27,660 bases of DNA. Source: a virus (Duplodnaviria; Caudoviricetes). Position 1 is the first letter of the stretch, and every line of letters starts with the position of its first letter. The notes below the pieces were generated by a model, which saw nothing but the letters and a program-made list of their open reading frames with translations, made no database searches and was not told the DNA's origin. This document shows, in pieces, positions 25,504 to 27,660 of the stretch. The position numbers were made by a program, and so were the translations under genes. The DNA is taken from IMG/VR virus record IMGVR_UViG_3300048606_000147, positions 1-27,660 of that record. One strand, 5' to 3'.

Positions 25504-25818
25504 GTGGGCGAGCCCACTTCAATCGCGGCGGCAGCGCTGATCCCGCCGGCCAAGCCCGACTACCGCCAGCCCCAGCGCGAACACCGGATGCAGACCGTGC
25601 ACGTCGTCTCGGTCCGCGGGCTGAAGCAGGGAGAGGGCAACAAGCTGCCCAGCGGGGCGGTCTACCGGCGCAAGGGCAACTCACTCGTCAGGACCAACAA
25701 GCCGGAGGGCGGGATGAGGAAGAAGCAGCGGCGCCGGGCGCGCGCCGCCGCGAAGCTCGCCGCCTCGCAATCCGTTGAGCAGCTCCAGGCCGACCTCGCC
25801 TCCGAAGGGAGCCTGTGA
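25504..25818 (+). CDS. Basic hypothetical protein (104 aa) with Arg-rich motif
   Basis: GTG after GAGGAG; 'MRKKQRRRARAAAK'. Confidence 0.6.
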   Translation: MGEPTSIAAAALIPPAKPDYRQPQREHRMQTVHVVSVRGLKQGEGNKLPSGAVYRRKGNSLVRTNKPEGGMRKKQRRRARAAAKLAASQSVEQLQADLASEGSL

Positions 25819-25819
25819 A

Positions 25820-26356
25820 GTGATACGCGTCTCCCTCGAGCTCCGCGAGTCTTTCGACGAACAGGTCGGAGTCCTCGTCGCCGACCTCGCTCAGGCCGCG
25901 GCCGAAGGAGATCAGCACCTCGACGAGCTCCTCGTTGTACTCCCCACCAGGCTCCGCAGGCTTTACAAGCAGTGCGTTGTGCCTCGAGTCGAGCGCCGGA
26001 ATCCGCCGGCGCTCAGCTCGACGGGGGATCCCTCGGACTCTGACCATGTTGACGGGGGGTCCCCCGCAGTTTCCCGCGCCGGGAGGCCGCTGGGCGTCAT
26101 TGCTGGACGGGGATCCGTCCCGAAGTTCACCGAGTTCCGCAGGGCCCGAGGCCTCTCTCTGACCGACATCTCCGCGCTGGCCTCGAAGCGGGGCTGGCCG
26201 ATCTCCAAGACCACGATCAACAACATCGAGATCGGCGAGCTCGCGCCGCGCCGGCGCCACGCCGAGTCCATCGCTGTCGCGCTGGGCATCGACTGCGACT
26301 TCGCCCTCGCGCTCCTGGGGCTCGAGGACGAAGCTGCTCACGTGGTCGAGCTCTGA
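25820..26356 (+). CDS. Protein with C-terminal XRE HTH (178 aa)
   Basis: 'RRARGLSLTDIS...ISKTTINNIEIGELAP...IAVALG'; start uncertain. Confidence 0.7.
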   Translation: MIRVSLELRESFDEQVGVLVADLAQAAAEGDQHLDELLVVLPTRLRRLYKQCVVPRVERRNPPALSSTGDPSDSDHVDGGSPAVSRAGRPLGVIAGRGSVPKFTEFRRARGLSLTDISALASKRGWPISKTTINNIEIGELAPRRRHAESIAVALGIDCDFALALLGLEDEAAHVVEL

Positions 26357-26363
26357 AGCTGCC

Positions 26364-26933
26364 ATGACCGAGATCCTGAAGCGACCCGCCCAGGCCGTCG
26401 AGGACCAGCACGAGCTGCTGTGGTCCGACCCCGAGAAGCTGCAGGACGAGAGCATCGCGGCGTTCGATTCGCTCCTCGGGCACGACGTCGATCGACTCGC
26501 GGCGCTGACGGGCATCTCGCGCCGCCAGCTCAACAAGCAGCGCGAGCGCCGGCCAGACCTCCTCAGCAAGCAGTGGCTCCACCGCCTCGCCGAGCTCTTC
26601 CACCTGACAGCCATGAAGTTCGGGCCCGAGCGCACCGCGCCGGCGCTGCGCCTGCTGAACCGTGCGGGCGGGCACGGGCTCGCGGGTGCGGTCCCGGCGG
26701 CCGCGGCCCGGGGCGAGCGCGACGCAGCGATCGCCGTGATCAGCCGAGCGGTGCGCGAGGCCTGTGACGCGGCCTCGAAGTTTGCGGACCGGGCGCAGGA
26801 CGGGCTCGATCGAGCCGACGCGCGGGCGTTGCTGCCCGACGTCGACGAGGCGCTCGAGGAAATGCAGACGGCGCGGGCGCTCCTCGAGCGCCTGGCGAAT
26901 CCAGAGATCGGCCCGCGGCAGATCCGGGCCTAA
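26364..26933 (+). CDS. CII-like regulatory protein
   Basis: 189 aa; N-terminal HTH-like 'LAALTGISRRQLNK', helical C-terminus 'AQDGLDRADARALL'; lies between cro and replication region. Confidence 0.55.
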   Translation: MTEILKRPAQAVEDQHELLWSDPEKLQDESIAAFDSLLGHDVDRLAALTGISRRQLNKQRERRPDLLSKQWLHRLAELFHLTAMKFGPERTAPALRLLNRAGGHGLAGAVPAAAARGERDAAIAVISRAVREACDAASKFADRAQDGLDRADARALLPDVDEALEEMQTARALLERLANPEIGPRQIRA

Positions 26934-26940
26934 ACGAAAC

Positions 26941-26973
26941 GAGCCGGGCGCCGTTGAAGGCGACGCCCGGCTC
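26941..26973. terminator. Hairpin after CII-like gene, preceded by A-rich run
   Basis: gagccgggcg/cgcccggctc 10-bp perfect stem; upstream aaacgaaac would give a weak U tract on the minus strand. Confidence 0.45.
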
Positions 26974-26986
26974 AAGGAGATGCGTG

Positions 26987-27142
26987 ATGAAAGAAACGGT
27001 AGCACAACTCTGGCACGACATCCTGGCGGGGACACCCGCGACGGATCACGTCGTTGCCCTTCTCGGCCTCGCCTGCATGGGCCTGGGTATCGGCGCCCTG
27101 ATCCTCTGGGACGAAGCGCGCAAGCGGAACGGTTCGCGATGA
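26987..27142 (+). CDS. Small single-TM protein (51 aa)
   Basis: SD AAGGAG; 'VVALLGLACMGLGIGALILW'. Confidence 0.65.
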   Translation: MKETVAQLWHDILAGTPATDHVVALLGLACMGLGIGALILWDEARKRNGSR

Positions 27143-27492
27143 AGCTCGCCTGGTGGTTCTTCCCGAAGACGGGCCGGCACTACGCCTACGCCGACGCGCA
27201 CACCTTTCGCATTGCGCCCTACGGCCTGCTCTCCTGCTGCACGATCTTCGTCGACCGCGACGCCACTTGTCGCGAGCCGATCGCCGTCGTGGGCCAGCTC
27301 ATCGTCCCCTCGATCGGCGAGGCGATGCGCCGCGCCCAGGAGTGGCACGACCACCCGTTCGACCTGCCGACGTTCCTCCCGCCGCTCGACGGCGGCGACG
27401 CCCGCGCTTCGGTGGACATGATCCAGCGCGTCGAGCGTGCAGTCGCCGAATGCGATTCCGCCGGCCCTCGGGCTGCGCAGGGGGGCCTGTGA
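27139..27492 (+). CDS. Hypothetical protein (117 aa)
   Basis: ATGA overlap; MKLAWWFFPKTGRH... Confidence 0.65.
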   Translation: MKLAWWFFPKTGRHYAYADAHTFRIAPYGLLSCCTIFVDRDATCREPIAVVGQLIVPSIGEAMRRAQEWHDHPFDLPTFLPPLDGGDARASVDMIQRVERAVAECDSAGPRAAQGGL

Positions 27493-27496
27493 ACGC

Positions 27497-27660
27497 ATGG
27501 GGATCCCCTTCGACCGCTCGCAGCGGCCGCTGCGGCACGGCGAGTTCTACGCCCAGTGGCGGCTCGAGCAGGACGTTCTGCGCTCGGCGCGCGCCGGAGG
27601 GCCGAGTGCCGTCGCAGTGTGGGCGGCGATCCGAGCCCGGGCGGGCACCCGGACGCGTCT
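27497..27660 (+). CDS. Partial ORF, possibly replication initiator N-terminus
   Basis: MGIPFDRS...GPSAVAVWAAIRARAG open to the window edge; function inferred from position only. Confidence 0.4.
   Translation, partial: MGIPFDRSQRPLRHGEFYAQWRLEQDVLRSARAGGPSAVAVWAAIRARAGTRTR

Noticed and set aside
24912-25553. N-terminal extension making the repressor 351 aa
   Set aside because: Runs through the operators and the cro-like gene; the HTH begins right after GTG 24911.
1-27660. CRISPR array, tRNA, IS element, DGR or retron reverse transcriptase
   Set aside because: No spaced repeats, cloverleaf, transposase, RT motif or TR/VR pair seen by eye.

Overview
GC-rich temperate siphophage (long non-contractile tail, HK97-type head) genome segment. 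Order: structured leader, major capsid, head accessory/neck genes, tail tube, tail chaperone with a -1 frameshift site, 1592-aa tape measure, tail-tip genes, a fibre-like protein with an apparent Sec signal peptide, and an atypical lysis cassette (DUF5675-like endolysin, several membrane proteins, spanin-like protein). A leftward accessory block follows, then an unannotated 38-aa peptide gene plus a TPR-like protein abutting a lambda-like cI/cro switch with three operators, and early genes up to a truncated replication-like ORF. Best novelty candidates: (1) the peptide + TPR pair beside the lysis-lysogeny switch, a possible arbitrium-like signalling system in a probably non-Firmicute host; (2) a signal-peptide-bearing, Cys-rich tail fibre/receptor-binding protein. 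Family names come from recalled motifs and synteny, not database searches. Several starts were re-called relative to the supplied ORF track.
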